64,000 nucleotides of DNA, taken from the NCBI GenBank assembly GCA_030669305.1, contig DAOVDU010000002.1, forward strand, positions 318 through 64,317, given 5' to 3'. The stretch's first letter is position 1, and every line of letters begins with the position of its first letter. The position numbers and the translations under genes were made by a program. The notes under the pieces are model-generated. The model made no database searches. It worked only from the letters and a program-made list of their open reading frames with translations, and was not told the origin of the DNA. Positions 47,929 to 57,537 of this stretch are shown here, piece by piece. This stretch comes from Candidatus Aminicenantes bacterium. GTDB taxonomy: Bacteria; Acidobacteriota; Aminicenantia; Aminicenantales; Aminicenantaceae.

Positions 47929-49761
47929 TCAAAATAATTTTAATAACTTTTGAGCAAGATTTGGATCAATAGTTTTCAATTTTTTATAAATTTCTCTTGC
48001 ACTGTATTTGTCGCGGAGGTTCAAGTATGTAATTGCCAGATTGTAATAGGCTACGCCGCTATTAGGATTTAGTTCGGTTGCTTTAAGAAAGGGTTCAACA
48101 GCAGACGAGAATTTTTTTTGCTGCATGTAGCCAATCCCAATGCTAAGCCAAGCACCAGCATTGTCAGGGAAAATTTCCAAAAGTTTTTCATAAGCTTTTA
48201 TAGATTCATTGTATTTTTTTAAATTGCTGTAGCAGAAGCCGAGATTTGAATAAGCATATTCAAAGTCTGGCCTAATTTCTACGGCCTTTTTAAAAGCTTC
48301 GATAGCTTCATCATATTGTTTAAGTTTAACATACATATACCCAGTGTTATAAAATGCATCAGCATCATTTGGGTCAAGCTCGGTAATTTTTTTTGAGGCT
48401 TCGATAGCCTTATCAGGCATATTGGCCACATCATACATTCTTATAATGTTGTTAAAATAAACCTTTGCATCTTCAGGGCTGAGTTCAGCGAGGAAATTGT
48501 AGGCTTCAGCCGCCTTATCAAACTGGGATGCTTTCTGATAGGCCTGGGCTAACACAAAATTCATCCTAATATCCTGAGGTTTTTCTTTTAATGCTTCTTG
48601 AAAAGAATTAATGGCATTCTCAAACTGATTGATCTCCATTTGACATAGGCCAAGGCGGTTATAGACTTCCCCTGAATTTTCAGGATTTAGACTTAGATAT
48701 TTTTCATAGGCTTCAGCCGCCTTATCAAATTCCTTGAGTTCTTCATAAACGCTTCCGATTTGGAAATAGGCCTCTTTATTATCGAGATTGAGCTCTACGG
48801 CTTTTTCTAAGGGAACAATGGCATCTTTCCAGCGCATCATCTTTATATAGACGGTCCCCAACCCTAAATGAGCACTATCCAAAGACGGATTTAACTCGAT
48901 AATTTTCTTGTATGTAGAGGCAGCGGATGAATAATTTCTTTGGTTTATGTAAACAGATGCTAATAGAATGTAAGTTTCAAGGTCGTTGGGCTTTTGTGCC
49001 GTGACTTTTTTCAAGAATTTCTCGGCATTGTTTGTATCCTTTAGCGCAAGAAATACCCTCCCCGCAAGAAAAGATCCTTCAAGAGTTGAAAAGTAATCCT
49101 CAGGCTTCCAATCTTTAAATTTAGTTGCAGTGCTTTTCTTCGGCAAAGTTTTTATCACATTAGACGGAAGAACAAATTTTGATCTCCTGTCGAGAAAGAC
49201 AATCATTCCAAATACCTGCCCATTTGAATCGATTAGAGGGGCTCCGCTAAAACTTTCTGGAGTTGCCAGAGTCGTAGCAATCATTTTTTGATTTGGAGAA
49301 ATTTCAAGAAGACTATGTATCTCTCCATCGAGGACTTTGATCTCTCCTGACTCATTACTTCCTATCACAAAGATTTCTTTACCTTCCTCTGCATCATCAG
49401 AATTACCAAACAAGAGTGCTGGTGCTTTACTTTTAATTTTTACAAGGGCTATATCGAAATTTTTATCAATAGCCACAATCCCTTCAACCTTTACTTTTTT
49501 CCCTTTAAAGTTCCTTCCTTCTACAGATTTAGCTTGACTGATGGAATGGAAGCTTGTTGCCATAATTCCGGCGCTTATTACAAATCCTGTTCCCCTGGAA
49601 ATTTCTTCTTTGTTTTCCCCTAAAGAAACAAAAGATATGATGCTTCCTTTGTTTTTTTCAAAAATTTTTAAGGCTTTTTCTGATTGAGAAAGAAGCAATG
49701 AAAATGGAATAAATACAAGAGTAAAAATTGAAATGACTGCTACTTTTTTATATTTTTTCAT
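47929..49761 (-). CDS. Secreted trypsin-like serine protease domain fused to a long TPR array
   Basis: N-terminal GTGFVISAG..H, D, GFSGAPL (GxSGxP) catalytic triad context, followed by more than 8 TPR repeats. Signal peptide. Confidence 0.7.
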   Translation of the reverse strand: MKKYKKVAVISIFTLVFIPFSLLLSQSEKALKIFEKNKGSIISFVSLGENKEEISRGTGFVISAGIMATSFHSISQAKSVEGRNFKGKKVKVEGIVAIDKNFDIALVKIKSKAPALLFGNSDDAEEGKEIFVIGSNESGEIKVLDGEIHSLLEISPNQKMIATTLATPESFSGAPLIDSNGQVFGMIVFLDRRSKFVLPSNVIKTLPKKSTATKFKDWKPEDYFSTLEGSFLAGRVFLALKDTNNAEKFLKKVTAQKPNDLETYILLASVYINQRNYSSAASTYKKIIELNPSLDSAHLGLGTVYIKMMRWKDAIVPLEKAVELNLDNKEAYFQIGSVYEELKEFDKAAEAYEKYLSLNPENSGEVYNRLGLCQMEINQFENAINSFQEALKEKPQDIRMNFVLAQAYQKASQFDKAAEAYNFLAELSPEDAKVYFNNIIRMYDVANMPDKAIEASKKITELDPNDADAFYNTGYMYVKLKQYDEAIEAFKKAVEIRPDFEYAYSNLGFCYSNLKKYNESIKAYEKLLEIFPDNAGAWLSIGIGYMQQKKFSSAVEPFLKATELNPNSGVAYYNLAITYLNLRDKYSAREIYKKLKTIDPNLAQKLLKLF

Positions 49762-49990
49762 CCTATCCTCCTTTTTTTATAATTTTTGTCAAATAACAAA
49801 TTAAACTAGGAATAAATTTACACTTTTGAAGAGTGCTCTGTCAAATATTTCGCAAATTCCTCAAAAAAAACTAGACTAGTCGCTAAATGTTTTTTGGATC
49901 ATTGCAATAATGGATACCTGTTTTTTTATTGATTTATCTGATTAAACTGACTAAACTGTCAAAATTGACTCAACGGAATTGCTTTATAGT

Positions 49991-50474
49991 TATGAAAGCA
50001 AAAAACAAAGTTCTTCTCGTATATATTTCTACACTTTTTGGAATAATCATTTGGTTAGCAGCAATTTTTCTTGCTCCTTATCTCAGGAGCCAATCATTAA
50101 ATTTAAACGATCTCATTTATGCTATATTCTCTTCAATATGTCATCAAATTCCTTCTCGCTGTTTTTCTGTTTTTGGACATCCTCTTGCTGTTTGCGCACG
50201 CTGTTTTGGAATCTATTTTGGATTCTTGATAGGCACCTGGATCTACCCCTTCATAAGAGGTTTCTCCTCGGTATCAGTGCCTAAAACAAGGACGTTTATC
50301 CTAATTTCTCTGCCCGTAGTAGTTGACACAGCAGGGAACATTTTTTCTTTCTGGATGACTTCTAACTGGTTAAGGTTCTTTTTTGGATTTATATGGGGAA
50401 TCATTCTCCCTTTTTATTTTATCTCTGGTATATCTGATGCTTTTATTACACAAAAAGATGCAAGAAAGATTTAG
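49991..50474 (+). CDS. DUF2085-like membrane protein
   Basis: CHQIPSRCF...CARCFGIYFG Cys motif of DUF2085 plus 4 TM segments. Start taken at MKAKNK. Confidence 0.5.
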
Positions 50475-50647
50475 GTCTTTAAAAAGATAAATTTTCGAGT
50501 TTCTTTCATTGGTGCTTGGGATTTTATGCTTTTTTTTCTTAGCAAACCCTCAATGGTCTATCCGGACTAAACGTATGTTAAAATATCTCTTGAAATTAGA
50601 ATATGAATCAAAATAGAATAATAGAAACAAATTAGGAAGGAGGAAAA

Positions 50648-51169
50648 ATGAGCAATCAAAGACCAGGAATGTTTGTTCCAGCTTTGACAGGTGGAGCTGT
50701 AGCGGGAGTTCTATCAGGGATTCCATTTGTGAACTGTCTCTGCTGTATCTGGATCATAGGAGGAGCAATGCTCGCTTCCTATTTACTTGTTAAGAATTCG
50801 CCCGTGGCTCTAAGTGCTGGTGATGGAGCCATCGTCGGAATTTTTACAGGGATTATTGCAGCAGTAGTTGATGCTATTGTCAGTATACCTTTTGGAGCTA
50901 TGAGCAGCGAATTTTTCCGAGATATCATGGAAAAGGTTAGCGAGTACGCTGATGAAATGCCTTCTGGGTGGGAAACCTGGCTGGAAAGAGGAGCTATCGG
51001 AACATCTGTTTCCTGGCATATGCTTGGATTTGTGATTTCTGTTGTTATTTTTTCTGCGTTAGGAGTTTTGGGGGGAATTATCGGTATCTCTCTCTTTAAG
51101 AAAAAGAAAGTTCAAGAGACTCAAGGAGCAATAGATGTTCCTAAAGACACAAGTGATAGTCAATCCTGA
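50648..51169 (+). CDS. Hypothetical membrane protein
   Basis: 173 aa with 4 hydrophobic segments and a good RBS (AGGAAGGAGG). No motif recognised. Confidence 0.45.
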   Translation: MSNQRPGMFVPALTGGAVAGVLSGIPFVNCLCCIWIIGGAMLASYLLVKNSPVALSAGDGAIVGIFTGIIAAVVDAIVSIPFGAMSSEFFRDIMEKVSEYADEMPSGWETWLERGAIGTSVSWHMLGFVISVVIFSALGVLGGIIGISLFKKKKVQETQGAIDVPKDTSDSQS

Positions 51170-51179
51170 ATCTCACCAG

Positions 51180-51560
51180 GGGGCTCATCACAATAATGAG
51201 CACCTAGAACAGTTTGGAATGTCTTACTACAGACAGAATCTGAGAAGGAGTCAGAGCGACATCGGAGGATTTAGCCTTTCCGAGTTGTTCCTCGAGGGAA
51301 GCCCGAAGGGCCCCGAGGACTGTCTGAGCACGCTAGATTCAACCGGGTGGTGTTAGGGATGGTTGAGGGACATCATTGCGGGTGTACGAATAAACAGGCG
51401 GAGTTCCACAGGGCCGAGAGGAATGGCGAGGGAATGGCGTTAAAAATCCGACTGGAGCGATACCCTTCTCAGATTCTTCGGTCATATTGGCATTGTTATA
51501 TTCAGGTATCCATTATTGCGAAGAACCCACCAGGGATATGTACTGGATTTGATTTTAGCA
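51180..51560. ncRNA. Candidate structured non-coding region (GC-rich island with nested hairpins) between convergent genes
   Basis: Local GC is well above the flanks. Nested stems include cctcgagggaagcccgaagggccccgagg. Only short ORFs with no recognisable product. Strand unknown. Confidence 0.2.
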
Positions 51561-51568
51561 GAGTGAGT

Positions 51569-52186
51569 TTAATTTGAGTTAGTGTTTTGTTTCTTTTTAT
51601 TTAACAAATAATAGGTGCGATCGTTTGTAAAGATCAATCTTCCTGATTTGTCATAAAATTTATAGATTATAGTTTTTCTTCTTATGGTTGATTTTTTGTG
51701 GGAACCATTCACTTTTTTTATATAATTAATTGTTTCGGGATAAGGAGGAATTCCGCCATACTTTTTTATGGCTTCCTGACCAGCATTATAGGCTGCGAGC
51801 ACTAAGTCTTTTCTGTTGTTATAAAGCTTGCATAAATAATCGAGGTATTTTACTCCCCCCTCGATATTTTCTTTGGGATCATATAAATTTTCCACTCCAA
51901 ATTCTTTTGCCGTCTCTGGCATTAGCTGCATGAGGCCTACAGCTCCTTTTGGAGAGACTGCTATACTGTTATAGTTTGACTCAGCACGTATTATTGAATG
52001 AATAAGCTTAGGATCAACATTATATTTTAAAGCAAGCGGTTCAATGATATCGTTATATTTCGATTTAAATTCTTGATTAGCCTGAACTTCCATTTTTAAG
52101 GATGGAAGAACAAAAAGCAAGAGAACTCCTAATGAGAAGATTTTCTTGTGAAAGAGAAGCCTTAAAACTGTTTTTCTTTCTTTCAT
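51569..52186 (-). CDS. Lytic transglycosylase (SLT domain)
   Basis: ES...AVSPKGAVGLMQLMPETA...AYNAG motifs. Signal peptide. Confidence 0.8.
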   Translation of the reverse strand: MKERKTVLRLLFHKKIFSLGVLLLFVLPSLKMEVQANQEFKSKYNDIIEPLALKYNVDPKLIHSIIRAESNYNSIAVSPKGAVGLMQLMPETAKEFGVENLYDPKENIEGGVKYLDYLCKLYNNRKDLVLAAYNAGQEAIKKYGGIPPYPETINYIKKVNGSHKKSTIRRKTIIYKFYDKSGRLIFTNDRTYYLLNKKKQNTNSN

Positions 52187-52304
52187 CGTCAGTAAAGTAT
52201 ATGTATAATGTCAGAATTTTAAGATTAAATCAATCCTCTTTTGGGGTGATATTTATAAAAGTTCCCTCCCATAATATTGAGTTTTTAATTTTATATTTGT
52301 GATT

Positions 52305-54944
52305 CTATTTAACCATATTTTTTAAAATTGAATAGCTTTTCTCTAATGCCTGGTTCAAATTATTTGGCTTTGTTCCTCCAGCCTGGGCGAATTCTGAACG
52401 CCCTCCTCCCCCACCCCCTATAATTGGTGCAATCTTTTTGATGAATTCATTTGCCTTTATACGTTTGGTTAAATCCTTTGTTACGGCTGTTATGAGGAAA
52501 ACTCTCTCTCCAGAAAAAGAACCTAAAACAACAATTCCAGAGCCGATTTTTTGTTTAAGAGAATCAGCCAGCTCCCTGAGTTCAGAGTTGTTCAACCCTT
52601 CAACCCTCTGGATGATGACGGAGATTCCCTTGACTTTCTGAACCAGTTCCTCTTTTTTTTGGTACCGGATATTTGCAAGTTTTTGCCTCAATGATTTGCT
52701 TTCTCTCTCTATCTCTTTTAAGGAGTCCCTTAACTTCTCAATTTGAATTAGAATTTCTTTTCTTGGAGAATTTAATGTCTGCTGAACTTCTGTCAAAATA
52801 TCCTCGATTTCCTGGATGTATTTTATGGCTTCTTCTCCTGTCAAAGCATCTATTCTTCTCATTCCGGCAGCAACACTTGTTTCTGATGTAATCTTAAAGA
52901 GACCGATTTCTCCTGTATTAAACACGTGGATGCCGCCACAAAGCTCTTTACTGAAGTCGCCGATTGTAATCATCCGTACTTTTTCTCCATACTTTTCCTC
53001 GAAAATAGCAACAGCACCATTTTTTATTCCCTTTTCTAGAGAAGTCACAGTCGTTTCTACTTTAATATTGTCTTGAATTTTTTCGTTGACAAGGGATTCG
53101 ATTTGTCTCAATTCTGAAGTGCTTAAAGGAGAGAAATGGGTAAAGTCAAACCTGAATCGTTTGGAAGATACTAAGGAACCGGCTTGCTTTACATGATCTC
53201 CAAGAACTTGTCTTAAAGAAGCGTGTAGAAGGTGAGTTGCTGTGTGATTTTTACTTATAGCCTTTCGCTGTGAGAGATTGATCGAAGCTTCCACTATATC
53301 ATTGACTCGAATTTTTCCTGAAATCACTTTGATTTTATGTGCTATAGCTCCAGGTATGGGGAAATAAACGGTATCTACCGATGCAGAAAAATGCGCATTT
53401 TTTAAAATCCCTGAATCCCCGACCTGGCCTCCAGATTCTGCATAAAAAGGCGTCTTGTTTAGGAATATTTCTCCGGAATCGCCTTCTTTAAGCTCCTGAA
53501 CAATTGTTCCATTTTTTACTATAGCGACCACTTTTGCCTCTGGAATTTTTACTTCATCGTATCCTACATATTGAGTCGGGCTATCTTTCAGTTTTTCGTA
53601 ACATTTTTTTTCTTTTTGTCTGGCATCTCCCTTCCAGGCCAGGCGCGCCCGCTTACGCTGTTTCTCCAATTCTTTAAAAAAGCCTTCCTCATCTACAGTC
53701 ATATTTTCTTCTTCTGCTAATTCTTTTGAAAGGTCAAGAGGAAAACCATATGTGTCGTATAATTTAAATAATTTTGATCCTGGGAGTATTTCTTGATTGG
53801 CTCTCTTGGTTTCTAGGACATACTGGTTAAAAGTACGAAGGCCTGAAGAGAGAGTGAGTGAGAAACGCCTTTCTTCAGAAAGACAGACTTTCGAAATGTA
53901 GTTTGAGGAAGACAACAGCTCTGGATAGGCATCTTTCATTGTGTCGCTTACTACTCCCACTATCTTGTACAGGAAAGGTTCTTTTATTCCTAAGAAATTC
54001 CCGTGACGAAAGGCGCGGCGAATCAGCTTCCGTAAAACATAGCCTCGTCCGTCGTTAGAAGGCATAATACCATCTCCGATTAAAAAGGAAATAGCTCTAA
54101 TATGGTCAGCAATAATCCTAACGGAAATATCTGCTTCCTCACTTGATGGATATTCTTTACAGCAAATATTGCTTATGGCTTCGATAAGAGGAAGAAAAAG
54201 GTCTGTGTCAAAATTGTTCTTTTTACCTTGAAGTGTAGCAGCTACCCTTTCAAGTCCCATCCCTGTGTCGATAGAGGGAGATGGGAGAGGATGCAATTGC
54301 CCCTTCTCATCTTGGTGATATTGCATAAAGACCAAATTCCATAATTCAAAGAAGCGGTCACTTCCATTCTCAATCAAGGTGCAGGGATCTCCTTTTTTGA
54401 TTCCTGGATCTAAGTCATAATGGATTTCAGAACAAGGCCCGCAAGGCCCTGTTTCTCCCATAGCCCAGTAATTGTCTTCCTTCCCGAAGCGAAATATTCT
54501 GTTCGTAGAAATTCCAATGTCCTCATTCCAAATCTTAAAGGTTTCCTCATCTTTTTCATAAACAGTTATATAGAGTTTGTCCTTTTTCATATTGTAGATT
54601 TCTGTGATTAGCTCCCAAGCATATTCAATAGCTTCTTTCTTGAAATAGTCACCAAAAGAAAAATTACCGAGCATTTCAAAAAAAGTATGGTGTTTATTCG
54701 TTTTTCCAACCTGATCTAAGTCGTTATGCTTGCCACTCACCCGCATACATTTTTGGACTGATGTGGCTCTCTTGTAGCTTCTTTTTTCAAGCCCCAAAAA
54801 TATGTTTTTGAACTGATTCATTCCTGCGTTGGTGAACAAAAGGGTAGGATCATCCTTTGGAAGGAGCGAAGAACTCTTAATTATTCTATGATTTTTTTTG
54901 GTAAAAAAATCTAAAAATGTTTCTCTGATTTCCTGAACATTCAT
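52305..54944 (-). CDS. alaS: Alanine--tRNA ligase
   Basis: N-terminal FLDFF..KNH..SSLLP.DDPTLLFTNAGMNQFK, editing-domain HxxxH, and C-terminal DHHA1 GGGGGR. 879 aa. Confidence 0.9.
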   Translation of the reverse strand: MNVQEIRETFLDFFTKKNHRIIKSSSLLPKDDPTLLFTNAGMNQFKNIFLGLEKRSYKRATSVQKCMRVSGKHNDLDQVGKTNKHHTFFEMLGNFSFGDYFKKEAIEYAWELITEIYNMKKDKLYITVYEKDEETFKIWNEDIGISTNRIFRFGKEDNYWAMGETGPCGPCSEIHYDLDPGIKKGDPCTLIENGSDRFFELWNLVFMQYHQDEKGQLHPLPSPSIDTGMGLERVAATLQGKKNNFDTDLFLPLIEAISNICCKEYPSSEEADISVRIIADHIRAISFLIGDGIMPSNDGRGYVLRKLIRRAFRHGNFLGIKEPFLYKIVGVVSDTMKDAYPELLSSSNYISKVCLSEERRFSLTLSSGLRTFNQYVLETKRANQEILPGSKLFKLYDTYGFPLDLSKELAEEENMTVDEEGFFKELEKQRKRARLAWKGDARQKEKKCYEKLKDSPTQYVGYDEVKIPEAKVVAIVKNGTIVQELKEGDSGEIFLNKTPFYAESGGQVGDSGILKNAHFSASVDTVYFPIPGAIAHKIKVISGKIRVNDIVEASINLSQRKAISKNHTATHLLHASLRQVLGDHVKQAGSLVSSKRFRFDFTHFSPLSTSELRQIESLVNEKIQDNIKVETTVTSLEKGIKNGAVAIFEEKYGEKVRMITIGDFSKELCGGIHVFNTGEIGLFKITSETSVAAGMRRIDALTGEEAIKYIQEIEDILTEVQQTLNSPRKEILIQIEKLRDSLKEIERESKSLRQKLANIRYQKKEELVQKVKGISVIIQRVEGLNNSELRELADSLKQKIGSGIVVLGSFSGERVFLITAVTKDLTKRIKANEFIKKIAPIIGGGGGGRSEFAQAGGTKPNNLNQALEKSYSILKNMVK

Positions 54945-54950
54945 TTACCG

Positions 54951-56156
54951 TTATGTTTTTTCTTTTTTTTCTTCTTCTTCAGTTTCTTCTTCTTCTTTTT
55001 TTTCTTCTTCTTTGGCCTTTTCTTGTTCTCTCCTGTCTATTTGGCCCATCTGTTTTTCCATATCGTCCATAGCAACATCCAAAGTCGAACGGATCCCCAT
55101 GACCCTTAATTTAAAATTATCAGGACTAGATGAATATCTCAACCCTTGTTCATAAGAAATGTAGCCTTCTTTGTAAAGATGGTAAATTGACTGGTCAAAT
55201 GTTTGCATTCCATACTGCGAAACTCCCGCAGAGATCGCATCTCTAATAAGAACGGTTCTTTCCCTGTCGCGTATACATTCTGCAATGTAAGGAGTGTTAA
55301 TCATCACCTCAATAGCTGGGACTCTTCCTTGTCCATCCTTTTTAGGAATGAGTCGCATAGAAATGCAGGCCTTAATAATAGTGGAGAGTTGAAGCCTGAT
55401 TTGTCTCTGATGATGTGGAGCAAAGACTGAAATTATGCGATTGATTGTTTCAGGTGCGTCCAGTGTATGAAGAGTGCTCATGACAAGATGTCCTGTTTCA
55501 GCGGCTAAAAGAGCTGTTTCGATTGTATCCTTATCCCTCATTTCACCAACGAGAATGACATCCGGGTCTTCTCTTAGAGAAGCCCTGAGTCCACGAGCAA
55601 AACCCGTTACGTCAACTCCAACTTCTCTTTGACTGATCGTACTCTTTTTATCGCGGTGAAGATATTCTATCGGATCTTCTATAGTAATGATATTTTCTTT
55701 CCTGCGTTCATTGATATAATCAATCATTGCCGCCAGAGTCGTTGTTTTTCCGCTCCCAGTCGTTCCAGTGACAATTACCAAACCTCTCTGCTCTGAAGCA
55801 ATATTCTCCAGGATTTCAGGCAGCAAGAGTTCTTTGATTTTTTTAACCTCCAATGGAATAATTCTCAGAACAATGGCTAAACTTCCTCTTTGGTAGAAAA
55901 TACTTCCTCTAAATCTTCCAAATCCTGGAAGACTATAAGCAAGATCCAAATCTAGCTCTCTTTTTAATTCTTCCTTTTGATAGTCAGATATGATCTGATT
56001 TGCAAGTTCGTGTGTGTTATTTGGACTTAATCTTGGGAAGTTGGTTAAAGGCTTTAGACGGCCATGGATGCGAATAATCGGAAAATTCCCTGCTTTTATA
56101 TGGAGGTCCGAAGCATCGCTTTCGATAGCAATTTTTAAAAATTCATCAATATCCAT
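54951..56156 (-). CDS. pilT: PilT-family twitching-motility ATPase with acidic/lysine-rich C-terminal tail
   Basis: Walker A GTTGSGKTTT and the Asp/His boxes. About 345-aa core plus a KEEEKKEEEETEEEEKKEKT tail. Confidence 0.8.
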   Translation of the reverse strand: MDIDEFLKIAIESDASDLHIKAGNFPIIRIHGRLKPLTNFPRLSPNNTHELANQIISDYQKEELKRELDLDLAYSLPGFGRFRGSIFYQRGSLAIVLRIIPLEVKKIKELLLPEILENIASEQRGLVIVTGTTGSGKTTTLAAMIDYINERRKENIITIEDPIEYLHRDKKSTISQREVGVDVTGFARGLRASLREDPDVILVGEMRDKDTIETALLAAETGHLVMSTLHTLDAPETINRIISVFAPHHQRQIRLQLSTIIKACISMRLIPKKDGQGRVPAIEVMINTPYIAECIRDRERTVLIRDAISAGVSQYGMQTFDQSIYHLYKEGYISYEQGLRYSSSPDNFKLRVMGIRSTLDVAMDDMEKQMGQIDRREQEKAKEEEKKEEEETEEEEKKEKT

Positions 56157-56177
56157 GATTACCCCCAGATAAAAAAA

Positions 56178-57104
56178 TTAATTTAAATATGTGAGCCATT
56201 GATACTTATCTCCTTTGTCTCCATTAATATAAGCAAAAAAAATGTCTTGAATTTTTTTGGTTATCGGGCCTCTTTTTCCTTTTTCGATGAGTATTTTATC
56301 AATAGACCGGATTGGTGTAATTTCTGCTGCAGACCCTGTGAAAAAAACCTCATCAGAAACATAAAGCATTTCTCTTGGGATGGTTTCCTCGATGAGAGGA
56401 ATTTCGAATTCTTTAGCTAACTGAATCACACTATCTCTTGTAATGCCAGGTAATACAGAAGAAGATAACGGAGGAGTATATATTGTTCCATCCATTACAA
56501 TAAAAATATTCTCTCCACTTCCCTCACTTACATGCCCTCTTACATTGAGAGCAATCCCTTCCACGTAGCCATCTGATATAGCTTCCATTTTTATCAACTG
56601 GGAGTTCATGTAATTGGCTCCAGATTTAGCCAAAGCGGGAAAAGTATTTGGAGCCATTCTCTGCCAGGAAGACACTCTAACGTCGACTCCATTCTCCAGG
56701 GCGTCTTCTCCCAAATATTTTCCCCATTCCCAAACAAGAATAGCACAGTCAACAGGATTTGGAAAGGGGTTAACTCCTAAAGTTGCATAACCTCTGTATA
56801 CTATGGGTCTGATATAGCAAGATTTGAGTTTATTTGCTGCAATAGTGTCTATGACTGCCTGGTTAAATTCTTCATGAGCGTAGGGAATTTCCATTCTGTA
56901 CATTTTGCAAGAATTATAGAGCCTTTTTATATGAGCTTTAAGCCTAAAAATTACACTTCCTTTTGGGGTTTCATAGGTCCTGAACCCTTCAAAAAGAGAG
57001 CTTCCATAATGGATAACATGAGAGGCGATATGGATATTAGCCTCTTTCCAGGGAACTAATTTTCCATTCATCCATATTATTCCGTTTTCGTTGAAAGGAC
57101 TCAT
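56178..57104 (-). CDS. ilvE: Branched-chain amino acid aminotransferase (class IV PLP)
   Basis: Fold-type IV motifs including EGxxxNxF and the GS.E.TP region. 308 aa. Confidence 0.85.
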   Translation of the reverse strand: MSPFNENGIIWMNGKLVPWKEANIHIASHVIHYGSSLFEGFRTYETPKGSVIFRLKAHIKRLYNSCKMYRMEIPYAHEEFNQAVIDTIAANKLKSCYIRPIVYRGYATLGVNPFPNPVDCAILVWEWGKYLGEDALENGVDVRVSSWQRMAPNTFPALAKSGANYMNSQLIKMEAISDGYVEGIALNVRGHVSEGSGENIFIVMDGTIYTPPLSSSVLPGITRDSVIQLAKEFEIPLIEETIPREMLYVSDEVFFTGSAAEITPIRSIDKILIEKGKRGPITKKIQDIFFAYINGDKGDKYQWLTYLN

Positions 57105-57261
57105 CTATTATTGCTCCTATTTTAAAATATAAATTCTATAAGCTCCATTGTTAATTTTTCGTAGTTCATAGGCAAAATAGGAAAAGATTGCCACTTTTTA
57201 AGATTATCAGGATTTTTATCTTATCTAAATTAGATTTTTAAGTCAATCTTATCCTTTTTAC

Positions 57262-57532
57262 CAGTTAGTCTGTTAGTCGGTTAATCAGTTAATCCGTTAG
57301 TCTGTTTATCTGTTAATAAGTTTAATTCATATAATTGATAAAAAAGAAATTATATCAAAATGACGATATCAATAATTACCTATTATCCCTACAAATGGAA
57401 GAAGACCCAAATAAGATAACCGACTAACAGTCTAACCGATTAACAGTCTAACAGTCTAACTGATTAACTGACTAACCGTCTAACCGATTAACTGACTAAC
57501 AGTCTAACTGATTAACTGATTAACCGATTAAC
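57262..57532. repeat. Largest inverted array of 8-bp TAAC-core repeats: 7 units, about 100-nt AT-rich spacer, then about 15 inverted units
   Basis: Left arm: cagttagt ctgttagt cggttaat cagttaat ccgttagt ctgtttat ctgttaat. Right arm: gataaccg actaacag tctaaccg attaacag tctaacag tctaactg attaactg actaaccg tctaaccg attaactg actaacag tctaactg attaactg attaaccg attaacaa. Confidence 0.85.
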
Positions 57533-57537
57533 AAATA

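Noticed and set aside
51135-51577. Two overlapping 73- and 76-aa ORFs in the GC-rich intergenic island
   Set aside because: No RBS, no recognisable protein features and frames that overlap each other. More likely a non-coding structured region.
57262-57532. Possibility that the octamer arrays are CRISPR arrays
   Set aside because: Units are only 8 bp, directly abutting, with no unique spacers and no cas genes. Not CRISPR.
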